Numbered from the stretch's first letter, positions 51,489 to 60,615 are shown. The stretch is 64,000 nt of DNA from an uncultured bacterium (GCA_963977015.1 CAXBMO010000007.1:128001-192000), one strand, 5' to 3'. Made by a program: numbers and translations. Notes: generated from the letters alone by a model not told the origin.

Positions 51489-52493
51489 CTAGCCTTTCCA
51501 ACCATTCGCTTTCAGAACCTCAGCCAGGCTCACGGGGACTCCCCCCTGACGCTTGCTTTCATCGGCGGCTTCCATGAACGCGAAAATCTCGATGGTGGTT
51601 TCGAGCGGAACCGGCGCAACTCCGGTTTGAAAAAATCGAACCACTTCGCGGAGCATCGGAGTGTAATCGCCGCCTGATTGTTGCTCGACGATCGCCTTGG
51701 TTCCAAACTTCGTCACTCGATAGCCGGTTTTCTGATTCCGAAGCCCGTAGAGCACCCCAACTTTGCCATCGGCCCAGGTTCCCGTGACGACGTCCGTATT
51801 CCCGGTATGAACGCGCGTGACGGTTTCGCATCCCGTTCCGAGAACCGTAAAAAGTGCCTCCGTTGGGTGAACTCCATACCAGAAAAGATCCGGATGATTG
51901 GGTTCGAAACTTGCCGGGCCGTAGGAAATTGCCCCGCGAACCTCGCCCGCATCGGCTTCCGCCACGTCTACGACTCCAGGGTAAAACCGCAATGAGGAGC
52001 TGCTCCAACACGGAACGCCCGTTTCTTTCGCCAATTGGTAAATCTCAATCGCGTCCCGCAGGCTCCCGGCCAATGGCTTATCGATGAACATCGGCTTTCC
52101 GGCAGCAAAAACCGGCCGGGCCTGCTCCAAATGGGGACGTCCATCCACACTTTCCAGCATCACCGCGTCCACATGCTTGCACATTTCTGCAATCGTTGGG
52201 TAAAGCTGAACGCCGTAATCGTTGACCAGGGTTTCGGTAAATTTGTCGACGCGGTCCGCACTCGAGGGAATGTCGGGACTGCCTCCCTTGAAGGCGGCAA
52301 CCACCCTGGCCCCCGGAACATGGTTCTTGTTTTCAGGATCGTTGAACCGCGAGGTAAATGCGGTCACGTGGGACGTGTCCAACCCGATCAGACCAATGCG
52401 AATGGGTTCATCAGCAGCGGTTGCCACCAGCGAACAAGCCCCGAGAAGGCAAAGAACGCTGGTCTTAAAAGGAATGAGGATTGGGGTTTTCAT
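51489..52493 (-). CDS. Gfo/Idh/MocA-family oxidoreductase, secreted
   Basis: IGLIGLDTSH, FIDKPLA, SSSLRF, WYGVH; start placed at MKTPIL signal peptide. Confidence 0.88.
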   Translation of the reverse strand: MKTPILIPFKTSVLCLLGACSLVATAADEPIRIGLIGLDTSHVTAFTSRFNDPENKNHVPGARVVAAFKGGSPDIPSSADRVDKFTETLVNDYGVQLYPTIAEMCKHVDAVMLESVDGRPHLEQARPVFAAGKPMFIDKPLAGSLRDAIEIYQLAKETGVPCWSSSSLRFYPGVVDVAEADAGEVRGAISYGPASFEPNHPDLFWYGVHPTEALFTVLGTGCETVTRVHTGNTDVVTGTWADGKVGVLYGLRNQKTGYRVTKFGTKAIVEQQSGGDYTPMLREVVRFFQTGVAPVPLETTIEIFAFMEAADESKRQGGVPVSLAEVLKANGWKG

Positions 52494-52635
52494 CCCTCCC
52501 AGTCTGTTCTCGAACGAAGGAGTATCCAACCCCAAATTCACCAGGATTTGGGCCGTAGAAACGTCCTGACGCGGTGAATATCTGCCCGATTTTGAGATTG
52601 ACTTGAAGGCTGAAACCATGTGTTCTCGGGGCCGA

Positions 52636-52920
52636 ATGAATCTTAAGAGAATCCTCCCCTCCCTCTCTCTCCTCTTTGTCGCGTTTAGTCTCAGCAGCTG
52701 TGGAATGGCACGTCAAACCGTTGGCACCGCTGCAGGATTGACCAATTCCGTGCTCAATAATCCCGTTGGCACCGCAGCTGGGCTCACACGCACAGGAATC
52801 GCAACTGGGCGAAACCTCACCCGAACCGGAGCGAATACGCTCAATCGTGCAACTCGCTCGGCTGCGGAAATTGCTCCCTACGCGGCCACTGCGGCCTCCA
52901 TCTTTTCGCCCCTTCCCTGA
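52636..52920 (+). CDS. Small lipoprotein with internal VGTAAGLT repeat
   Basis: Lipobox LSSC; two VGTAAGLT copies; Ala/Thr-rich. Confidence 0.7.
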   Translation: MNLKRILPSLSLLFVAFSLSSCGMARQTVGTAAGLTNSVLNNPVGTAAGLTRTGIATGRNLTRTGANTLNRATRSAAEIAPYAATAASIFSPLP

Positions 52921-53033
52921 GTCTTAGACCAAATATCGGGTTGCGCCGTGCGTCGAAGGTTTCTACAATGATCCGCCGGGATTCCGGCGACCTACTGCAA
53001 ATCTCAGAAAAAGATCCAATCGCAGCATTTGTT

Positions 53034-53597
53034 ATGCAAAAAACCAACCTCAAAATCCTAGTTATGGGAGCGGCTGCCAGTCTTGGCGTCGGCTCTGTTC
53101 TAGCGCAAGACGACGAAAAAATCGATTTTGCCACGCAGATTTACCCAATGGTCAAAGGCAGTTGTGTGCAATGCCACCAGCCTTCCTATGAGTATGAGTC
53201 CAATGGCCGGACCCGGACCAAGCGCCCCAAAGCTGATCTTATTGTGTCGAGCAAGGAAGATTTCCTGAAGGGTGGAGAAAGCGGAGCCGTGATCGTTGCT
53301 GGAAAACCCGACGAGAGCGAGTTTCTCCACCGGACGCTTCTTCCGATTGATGACGACGATCATCAGCCACCAGAAGGCAAGTCTCCTCAGTGGTCCGATG
53401 CAGAGAAAGCCCTTTTCGCGAAATGGATCGAGCAAGGCGCCGACTTCGGCGACTGGGTCAAGGATGAAACACCCGGTGAAGTGACGAACGTCTGGGATGG
53501 CGACAAGGAAGAAGGAAGTCCCTGGTCTGGCAAAGAACTCGAAGCCGAGCAAGTGAGAGTCTTTGACGAGGAAGGCAATATTACGGTGAAGAGCTAA
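53034..53597 (+). CDS. Planctomycete-type cytochrome c domain protein
   Basis: IDFATQIYP..CVQCH, GGESG, PDES, WIEQGA. Confidence 0.85.
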   Translation: MQKTNLKILVMGAAASLGVGSVLAQDDEKIDFATQIYPMVKGSCVQCHQPSYEYESNGRTRTKRPKADLIVSSKEDFLKGGESGAVIVAGKPDESEFLHRTLLPIDDDDHQPPEGKSPQWSDAEKALFAKWIEQGADFGDWVKDETPGEVTNVWDGDKEEGSPWSGKELEAEQVRVFDEEGNITVKS

Positions 53598-53627
53598 ACC
53601 TGGCTGAAACAACCGTAGACCAATTCC

Positions 53628-53662
53628 AAGACCGGGCTGGATTTCCAGTCCGGTCTTTTTTT
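53628..53662 (+). terminator. Rho-independent terminator
   Basis: aagaccgggctgg-attt-ccagtccggtctt followed by a T run. Confidence 0.85.
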
Positions 53663-53717
53663 GCTCTCCGACCTCTTTTTTCTGGGACGTGGTTGGGAAT
53701 TGCTGTTTGCTCGACCG

Positions 53718-54704
53718 ATGAAAAACCCCGTTTTCAGCGTTCTCTTCCTCACCGCAGTACTCGTTCCGGCTCATGCGCAGGATGCCGAGCTTCGCCTCGA
53801 GGGCAGGGTCGCCTTTACCGAGGGACCGGCGTGGCACCCGAGTGGAAATCTCTACTTCACCGATATTGAAAACAACCGGATCATGCGCCGGGACCCGAGC
53901 GGCAAATTTCACGTTTATCGGACTCCATCAGGAAAAGCAAACGGGTTGGTTTTCGACACCGAAGGACGATTGCACGCCTGCGAGGGAGGAGGCGAAGGCG
54001 GAAATCGGCGCATCACCCGCACCGAACTCGACGGGACGATATCGGTTCTTTCCGCCAACTACCAAGGTAACAAATACAACTCGCCCAACGATCTCGTTCT
54101 GGATCGTTCAGGCCGAATCTACTTTACCGACCCGCGTTACGGCGATCGCGACGACATGCAGATAACCGATGCGGAGGGAAAGGAAATCGAAGGCGTTTAT
54201 CGCATCGATCCCGATGGTTCCGTTCATCTAGTAATTACACACGAAGTGGAGCGGCCCAATGGCATTGCCTTGTCGAAGGACGGAACGTTTCTCTATGTCT
54301 GTGACAACATGAACGACACTCCGACCGGGAACCGCAAGTTGTGGCAATTTGAGGTGGGAGCCAACGGATCCATCAATCTGGAAAGCCAAAAGCAGCTGTT
54401 TGATTGGGGCACGGATCGCGGGCCGGACGGGATGACGGTGGGGCCTGACGGGAACCTCTACGTGACCGCGGGATTCAATTTTCCAAGTCCTCCCAATCAG
54501 ACTGCCGATCGATACAAAGCAGGTGTCTACGTTTTCTCTCCAGAAGCTGAACTCCTTCGCACCATTCCCGTCCCGATCGACATGATTACCAACTGCACGT
54601 TTGGAGGAGAGAACGGAAATACCTTGTTCATCACCGCAGGCCACAAGCTCTGGAGCCTTGAAATTGCGCCCTCGATTCCCAAGGCGATTCGCCCAACGCA
54701 ATAA
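53718..54704 (+). CDS. SMP-30/gluconolactonase family protein
   Basis: FTEGPAW, NGL, NSPNDL, YFTDPRYG, PNGIALS, PDGM, TNCTFGG. Confidence 0.92.
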   Translation: MKNPVFSVLFLTAVLVPAHAQDAELRLEGRVAFTEGPAWHPSGNLYFTDIENNRIMRRDPSGKFHVYRTPSGKANGLVFDTEGRLHACEGGGEGGNRRITRTELDGTISVLSANYQGNKYNSPNDLVLDRSGRIYFTDPRYGDRDDMQITDAEGKEIEGVYRIDPDGSVHLVITHEVERPNGIALSKDGTFLYVCDNMNDTPTGNRKLWQFEVGANGSINLESQKQLFDWGTDRGPDGMTVGPDGNLYVTAGFNFPSPPNQTADRYKAGVYVFSPEAELLRTIPVPIDMITNCTFGGENGNTLFITAGHKLWSLEIAPSIPKAIRPTQ

Positions 54705-54728
54705 CCAATTGCCCAAACGGGCCAGCCT

Positions 54729-55280
54729 TTAGGCAGCGGTAAACACCAATCGGCTCGGAGGCGAAGATGCAATCAAGCTGAAGGCGACGTCTTCACCAGA
54801 AACTTCCACCGTGGTTTCGGACTCAGGATGCGATTCGAAAAACAGGGTTTCCGTATCCGGTTCAGAATGCAAAATCATTTCTTCATCGGGTCCCGAAACC
54901 GGGCGCCCGGCTGCTTCCTCCAGATTCAGAAAGTAGGTTTCTCCCTCGGGCGCACCTGCGGTATAAACGAAACGTGCCGCGGCAGGCGTGTCAGCGTCTG
55001 GGGAAATCTGTGAGGAAGCATCATCTTCATCAACCAGTCCCCAAGGCTTGATCTGCGCTCCCACCTGGTTCAACGCGTTCTCAATGGAAACCGGTTGGAG
55101 CGGTTGAACGGATTCCTCCGAACTGGCGACCGTGACCGGCGGCGTATCGTGGGATGCATCAACTGACGATGGAGCCGAATCCATCTCGAAAAACCCGACG
55201 GGCGCCGCCGAGTAGAGAATTCTTGCCTCCAAAGATTCGAGAAGCAACTTCGGTTGGCGCGGATGGGAACTTGGATTCAT
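54729..55280 (-). CDS. Short LEPR-XLL motif protein
   Basis: N-terminal LLESLEARILYSAAP; remainder acidic, Ser/Pro-rich. Confidence 0.7.
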   Translation of the reverse strand: MNPSSHPRQPKLLLESLEARILYSAAPVGFFEMDSAPSSVDASHDTPPVTVASSEESVQPLQPVSIENALNQVGAQIKPWGLVDEDDASSQISPDADTPAAARFVYTAGAPEGETYFLNLEEAAGRPVSGPDEEMILHSEPDTETLFFESHPESETTVEVSGEDVAFSLIASSPPSRLVFTAA

Positions 55281-55505
55281 TATGCCTATGTGGTTTTAGG
55301 CCCCGTTTTTGTGAGAATATACAAAACGGATGAAATTGCACTCGTTTTTTTGTTGGCCTGTCAAGGACCTCGGAATTCTACCAATGCCTCATCCCGGAAA
55401 AAACCGGAAACCTTCGCGAGAGATTTGGTTCGAGTTCCAAGCGCGGCGATAGGCCTATCGCTCAGCCCAAACAATGAGAGAGCAGGCTAGTTTACGGATG
55501 ATGCT

Positions 55506-56405
55506 CTAGCTTATCGACTTCAGGAATTCCACAACACGCTGTCTGAGTTCTGGATTGGCCCGGTTCTCAGTTCGAGCGAACGCCGCTTCATCCAGATCTG
55601 ACCGAATTTGTGCCAAGTTCGCCCGCAAATTCGCAGGCAGAACACTGAGCTTGTCAATCTCACCTCGGCTTAAGGAAGCGAGATCCACATCGAACCTCTC
55701 CTTCATTGCGGTTTCGAGAACGGCCCGTATTTCAGTTTCGCTGGATGCGTCCCTCAAAGCGACAAGGGCGGAAGCGCCCGGCTTCTCAGCGGATTCAGAT
55801 ACGACAGCTTTCTCTCCAAACAAACGCGCCTTCCAATAGCGGAATCGCAATCCTCCCCAAACCGCAATGATGAGGGTGATCGACACCCAACGTATCCACC
55901 CGCGATCCGGTCGAATCGATTTCACGGCGGGCTTCAGCTCTGCGTCGAGCGGATCACCTTCCACCATCGAAGAAATAGTGTAGGGAATCGGCTCGGTCGT
56001 GATCGTCAGTGGGATGCTCGATTCATCATTCGGCCAAAAAACCAGGGTGAGTTCGGGAATCTGCCCCTCTCCGGGCAAATTGGGCAGCAAACGATAGTCC
56101 CAGCGATCAACAATGAACCCCGCGCTCTCTTTTCCGGAAATGGACTTCTCGACCTTCGCCAACGCAAACTCTGGCATCGCCGCGATCGAACGATACGGCG
56201 GCTCGGGCTTGAACCTGCGTTGGTTCCCGGTTTCCTTCATTTCAGCCATCGGAACTTCCGGCACGACCATCGTAACGCTCAATGTCAGGGTATCCGCAAC
56301 GGTCGCCTGCTCCGGCACCTTCAGTTCCACGAACGCCCGCACGGGCCCATTCTCATAGGAACTCGCCTCAAGCAGGAAAAGAATCGGGATCAGCAGGCTA
56401 ACCAT
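55506..56405 (-). CDS. BatD-like membrane protein of a MoxR/DUF58 operon
   Basis: Signal, Ig-like region (WDYRLLP..PG...IPEL), TM, C-terminal DEAAFA; overlaps the DUF58 stop. Confidence 0.65.
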   Translation of the reverse strand: MVSLLIPILFLLEASSYENGPVRAFVELKVPEQATVADTLTLSVTMVVPEVPMAEMKETGNQRRFKPEPPYRSIAAMPEFALAKVEKSISGKESAGFIVDRWDYRLLPNLPGEGQIPELTLVFWPNDESSIPLTITTEPIPYTISSMVEGDPLDAELKPAVKSIRPDRGWIRWVSITLIIAVWGGLRFRYWKARLFGEKAVVSESAEKPGASALVALRDASSETEIRAVLETAMKERFDVDLASLSRGEIDKLSVLPANLRANLAQIRSDLDEAAFARTENRANPELRQRVVEFLKSIS

Positions 56406-57285
56406 GATGGTTCCCCCTTCGCTTCCGAATTCGCTCCTTCAGGAAACTGTGCAGGGCTCCAACATAATCGTGCCCGACCCAAAGCGAAAATTGATCGACT
56501 CCAGCCGCATCCAACTCCTGCCAAAGTTCCGATCGCTCCTCCTGAGCCGTCTCCGCAAACGAGGAGCGAACCTTGCGATCGCCGGAATCCACCACAATCA
56601 TTTCGCCGCTTTCCGCATCCCTGATCCGGACCAAACCGGCTGCGGGCAACTCCACCTCGTGAGGATCCACGACCGAAACCGCCACCACGTCATGGGATCG
56701 CGCAGCAGCTTGCATGGCATCGAAAAATCCACGGGTTTGGAAGTCGGAAATCACGAACACGACCGCTCGGCGCTTCGCGATATGCATCAACATCTCGAGC
56801 GGCTCGTTCAGGTTCGTTCCCGAAGAAGCCGGCTGATGTGTCAGCGTCTCATACACGATCTGCGACACATGAACACGCCCCTTCGCGGGAGGCAGATGTC
56901 GCTCCACCTGATCCGTGAACAAGATCAGCCCCACCCGGTCATGATTCGCCGCCGCCGAATGAGCAAGCAAACCGGCCAATTCCGCCGCCGCTTCCCGCTT
57001 CGTCTGGTCGCTGCTCCCGTAATTTTCCGAAGCGGAAACATCGACGAGCAGATACACCGTCAAATCGCGTTCCTCGATAAAGCGCTTCACAAACGGCTCG
57101 CCGGTTCGCGCCGTCACGTTCCAATCGATCGTCCTCACCTCGTCTCCAGGCTGATAGGGGCGCACCTCGTCGAATTCGATGCCCCGCCCCTTGAAGACAC
57201 TCAAATACTCCCCGGCCAACAATTCTTCAACCGCCTGTCGACACCGAATTTGTAGGGATTGGAATTGGAGGTCTGAGTCAGTCAC
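56398..57285 (-). CDS. DUF58 domain protein
   Basis: SVFKGRGIEFDEVRPYQPGDEVRTIDWNVTAR, DVSAS, DRVGL, ISDF. Confidence 0.93.
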   Translation of the reverse strand: MTDSDLQFQSLQIRCRQAVEELLAGEYLSVFKGRGIEFDEVRPYQPGDEVRTIDWNVTARTGEPFVKRFIEERDLTVYLLVDVSASENYGSSDQTKREAAAELAGLLAHSAAANHDRVGLILFTDQVERHLPPAKGRVHVSQIVYETLTHQPASSGTNLNEPLEMLMHIAKRRAVVFVISDFQTRGFFDAMQAAARSHDVVAVSVVDPHEVELPAAGLVRIRDAESGEMIVVDSGDRKVRSSFAETAQEERSELWQELDAAGVDQFSLWVGHDYVGALHSFLKERIRKRRGNHHG

Positions 57286-57390
57286 TACGGTGAATCTGAC
57301 TTTCGGTGGATTGAACCGTTCGTAAAGACGGAAATCCTCCCGTCATTGCCAGTTTGAGCTTCCGCGGCGCAGTGTTACTATCAGTTCAGC

Positions 57391-57948
57391 ATGAGTGAAG
57401 CCGTCGCCTTCCAAAAAGAAACCATTTCCATCGCGGACTATCTCGATGGTGAGCCGTTTGCATTGGAGCGCCACGAGTATGCGAATGGGCAAGTGTTCGC
57501 GATGGCGGGAGCCAGTGAAGATCACGAGACAGTAGCAGGGAATTTGTTTGTGCACCTGCATCTCCATACAAAGGGTAAGGGATGTCGCGTGTTTAAAGGC
57601 GATATGAAGCTCCGGCTTTCGCTCAACGAAGCCGACCTGTTTTACTACCCCGACATCATGGTGACCTGTGATCCTCGGGATACGGATCCCATTTTCAAAA
57701 AGCATCCCAAAGTGCTGATTGAAGTGATGAGCGACTACAACAAGGACCACGTCGAAAAACTGTTCGCCTACCAGCAGATCGAAACCCTTCAGGAATACCT
57801 CATCATCGATCAAGATCCCACAGAGAAAAAGGCGTGGCTCTATCGGCGAGAAACCAATTGGGCCAAGGAAGAGGGAGCGCCTGACGGGGTCGTTTCCCTG
57901 GCGCCCCTCGATTTTTCCATTCCTCTGGCCGAGCTCTACGAAGTCTAA
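57391..57948 (+). CDS. Uma2/DUF820 family endonuclease
   Basis: RHEYANGQVFAMAGAS..H, YYPDIMVTC, LIEVMS, YQQIETLQEYLII. Confidence 0.92.
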   Translation: MSEAVAFQKETISIADYLDGEPFALERHEYANGQVFAMAGASEDHETVAGNLFVHLHLHTKGKGCRVFKGDMKLRLSLNEADLFYYPDIMVTCDPRDTDPIFKKHPKVLIEVMSDYNKDHVEKLFAYQQIETLQEYLIIDQDPTEKKAWLYRRETNWAKEEGAPDGVVSLAPLDFSIPLAELYEV

Positions 57949-58928
57949 CTCGGCACGGGCACTTTCTTAAAAATCTGCTCCACCACCTCGTCCGGCGTCA
58001 CGTCTTTCGCTTCCGCCTTGTAGGTCAGCGCGATCCGGTGTCGCATCACTTCGTTCGCAATCGCCCGAACGTCAGCCGGCAACACGTAATCCCGTCCATC
58101 CATCATCGCACACGCCTTGCTAGCCTTCGCCAGATTGATGCTGGCGCGCGGGGATGCCCCATGGCGAATCATCGGCCCCAGCTCTTCCAACCCGTAGGTC
58201 TCGGGATGACGCGTGGCATCGACAATGTGGAGAATGTAGCTCTCCACGGTATCCTTCATAAAAACCTCATCCAGCGACTTCCGCAGCTTGAGAATTTCCG
58301 GTCCGCCCGCGATCGAAGAAACCTCCAAGTCCGGACTGCTCTGCGCCATCTTGCGCATGATCTTCTGCTCCTGCTCAAGCGTCGGATATTTCACGATCAC
58401 CTTGAATAGAAACCGGTCGAGCTGGGCCTCGGGCAGTGGATAGGTTCCCTCTTGTTCGATCGGGTTCTGCGTCGCCAACACCATGTAGGGCTCATCCAAT
58501 TTAAAGCTTTCCTCCCCGATCGAGACCTGTTTCTCCTGCATCGCCTCCAGCAGCGCACTCTGCACCTTGGCCGGCGAACGGTTGATCTCGTCCGCCAACA
58601 GGATGTTGGAAAAGACCGGCCCCTTCTGCGTATGGAACTCCCCGGTCTTCGGATGAAAAACCAGCGTACCAACCAAATCCCCCGGCAACAAATCCGGGGT
58701 AAACTGAATCCGATTGAAATCGACATCCAGCGCCTTCGCCAACGTGCTCACCAACAGCGTCTTCGCCAATCCCGGGACGCCCTCGATCAAGACGTGCCCG
58801 CTGCAAAGCATCGCAATGAGCAATCGTTCAACGACCTCTTCCTGACCCACCACCACCTTCGCAATTTCATCGCGAATCCGGCTCAAAACCTTCTGTTCTT
58901 CGGCAAATACTTTGGGGGCTGTCGCCAT
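57945..58928 (-). CDS. moxR: MoxR-family AAA+ ATPase
   Basis: [58 protein letters not shown]; start placed at MATAPK. Confidence 0.95.
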   Translation of the reverse strand: MATAPKVFAEEQKVLSRIRDEIAKVVVGQEEVVERLLIAMLCSGHVLIEGVPGLAKTLLVSTLAKALDVDFNRIQFTPDLLPGDLVGTLVFHPKTGEFHTQKGPVFSNILLADEINRSPAKVQSALLEAMQEKQVSIGEESFKLDEPYMVLATQNPIEQEGTYPLPEAQLDRFLFKVIVKYPTLEQEQKIMRKMAQSSPDLEVSSIAGGPEILKLRKSLDEVFMKDTVESYILHIVDATRHPETYGLEELGPMIRHGASPRASINLAKASKACAMMDGRDYVLPADVRAIANEVMRHRIALTYKAEAKDVTPDEVVEQIFKKVPVPS

Positions 58929-59172
58929 AGGAACGCCGATCTTCGCGGCTTGTCGCGAAACATGCAAGTCCAGGCTTCAAATCGGGTCCTCAAGGACGGC
59001 CGATTGCCCGACATCGATTCGAGGCCAGCGCGAAAGCTGGTGTTGGCCGTGCGAAGCAACGGACGCGGAATCGGCGAAACTGGATGAGATCCCTGGAACC
59101 CGCCCAAACCGCGGGAATCGCCCCTTCGACCAAGAACAACTCGCCCACGACATTGCTGTTTGCCGCCGTGGA

Positions 59173-59256
59173 GCGTCGCGTAGCGACTGTTGATGTTAGC
59201 CGTGGGTTCTCAACCCACGGAGCCAAGGAGTCGAGCCATGCGTCGCGTAGCGACTG
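59173..59256 (+). repeat. REP-like three-hairpin unit, left of tnpA
   Basis: gcgtcgcgtagcgactg, tagccgtgggttctcaacccacgg, gcgtcgcgtagcgactg. Confidence 0.85.
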
Positions 59257-59296
59257 CTCAAACAGGGAAACCGCCAACCGAAATCCCGAAACGTGC

Positions 59297-59749
59297 TCAG
59301 CCCCACAGATACCGCTCGTCATATTCCACGCCGTGTTTTTTCAGGAGCGCGACGTATTCTTCCTCGAAGGTTCGCTTCTGATGATGCTCGCGCTGATTGG
59401 CGATGTATTGGATGACGTCCGGCGCGGCGGAGGAGCTGACGGTGAATGCCGAGTAACCGTCTTGCCAACTAAAACGCGTTTTCAAAAGTCCCGATTGATT
59501 GATGGCGTTGGAGGAACCTCCTTTGAGACGTTTCATGGCTTCGGATATTGTCAGGGTTTTTGGGATGTCGATGAGGGCGTGGATATGGTTTTCGATGCCG
59601 CCAATTCGTCTTGCATGCATGCCGTGGGTTTTGCCGGTTTCGGCGATGATGGCCCAGAGGCGTTCTTCGATTTCGGGCGCGATCAACATTTCCCGGTTCT
59701 TCGTGCTGAATACGCAATGGTAAAGAAGTTCGGTATACGTGTTAGCCAT
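59297..59749 (-). CDS. tnpA: IS200/IS605-family (REP-associated type) Y1 HUH transposase
   Basis: YHCVFSTKNR, GGIENHIH (HUH), WQDGYSAFTVS, YIANQREHH (catalytic Tyr). Confidence 0.95.
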   Translation of the reverse strand: MANTYTELLYHCVFSTKNREMLIAPEIEERLWAIIAETGKTHGMHARRIGGIENHIHALIDIPKTLTISEAMKRLKGGSSNAINQSGLLKTRFSWQDGYSAFTVSSSAAPDVIQYIANQREHHQKRTFEEEYVALLKKHGVEYDERYLWG

Positions 59750-59772
59750 TCTTGAGCTTAATCTGGTGATCG

Positions 59773-59853
59773 GTCGCTATGCGACGAATTTTTGGCCGAC
59801 GCTTTCCGTGGATTGAGAACCCACGGCTAACATGAACGGTCGCTGACGCGACG
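59773..59853 (-). repeat. REP-like three-hairpin unit, right of tnpA (inverted copy)
   Basis: Reverse complement reads cgtcgcgtcagcgac, atgttagccgtgggttctcaatccacgg, cgtcgcatagcgac. Confidence 0.85.
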
Positions 59854-59942
59854 TGTCGGAGCCACTTACCGGTATGGCAGCTCGCCACAGCCCAATGTAT
59901 CGCTCGAATGACTGTCCTTTGGTGGCTTGTTTGCTGAGAATC

Positions 59943-60074
59943 CCCCTCTCCCAAATCCACTTCAGCTCGTGCATGATGCAAAACCTGCTGCGGCCGATTC
60001 CGACGGAGGATCCGGAGCTTTTTCTGATTCTCGGCGACCATGTTTACGCTGATACCGATGACCTGGCGATGGCG
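59943..60074 (+). pseudogene. Degenerate N-terminal fragment of a PhoD-family phosphatase
   Basis: PLSQIHFSSCMMQ...DPELFLILGDHVYADTDDLAM matches PLSRIHFGSCIKQ...EPELFLFLGDNIYADTDDMAV of 60984-62012. Confidence 0.8.
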
Positions 60075-60106
60075 CCGTATTTGTCCACGCCGCTCAACTG
60101 GCTTCT

Positions 60107-60565
60107 TTACTTTCGGAGGGCATCCAGGCACTCCACCATCACCTCCAACGAGTCGCCCAATCGATGATTGTCATCGACGGCGACGAGCCGCGCTTCGTCC
60201 AGGCCACTGTTTGCGAGCAGTTCCTGGCTGTGGGCGAAGGGAATCGTCTCATCGCGGGTGCCATGCAAAATGATGGTGTTCGGGCCGACGCGAGTTGCCC
60301 GACCCCAGTTTTTCCAGGCCGGGCAGAGCAAGAGTAGCGGCGTATCGCCAAGCTCCAGGTTCGCGGCAACCGCGCCACCGCGGGAGGAACCAATCACGAC
60401 ATCCGGAGCCTGACGATCAAGCTCAGCCTGGGCGATGCTTACGGCTTCGTCAAAGTCTTCGTTCGGCAACGCAGGGTTCAGCACCTCGTGCCCGTAGTTA
60501 ACGAGAAAGGTGGGTTTCGTCCCGCCCGGTTTGCTGTGCCATCCATGGAGGAAGAGAATTCTCAT
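60107..60565 (-). CDS. Small alpha/beta hydrolase (YqiA-like)
   Basis: ILFLHGWHS, GSSRGG nucleophile elbow, LHGTRDETIP, DNHRL; start placed at MRILF. Confidence 0.85.
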   Translation of the reverse strand: MRILFLHGWHSKPGGTKPTFLVNYGHEVLNPALPNEDFDEAVSIAQAELDRQAPDVVIGSSRGGAVAANLELGDTPLLLLCPAWKNWGRATRVGPNTIILHGTRDETIPFAHSQELLANSGLDEARLVAVDDNHRLGDSLEVMVECLDALRK

Positions 60566-60615
60566 GTTAGGGACAGAATCGCCATCTGCGGAGTCAATGC
60601 AAATTGGCCGCCCAA

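Larger units (their letters stand above)
59173..59853 (-). mobile_element. REPtron-like / IS200-like element: Y1 transposase between inverted palindromic units
   Basis: tnpA flanked by two ~80-bp units that are near-exact reverse complements in their hairpin segments. Confidence 0.8.

Noticed and set aside
55380-55470. tRNA suggested by ggttcgagttcc
   Set aside because: Could not build a cloverleaf, acceptor stem or CCA end
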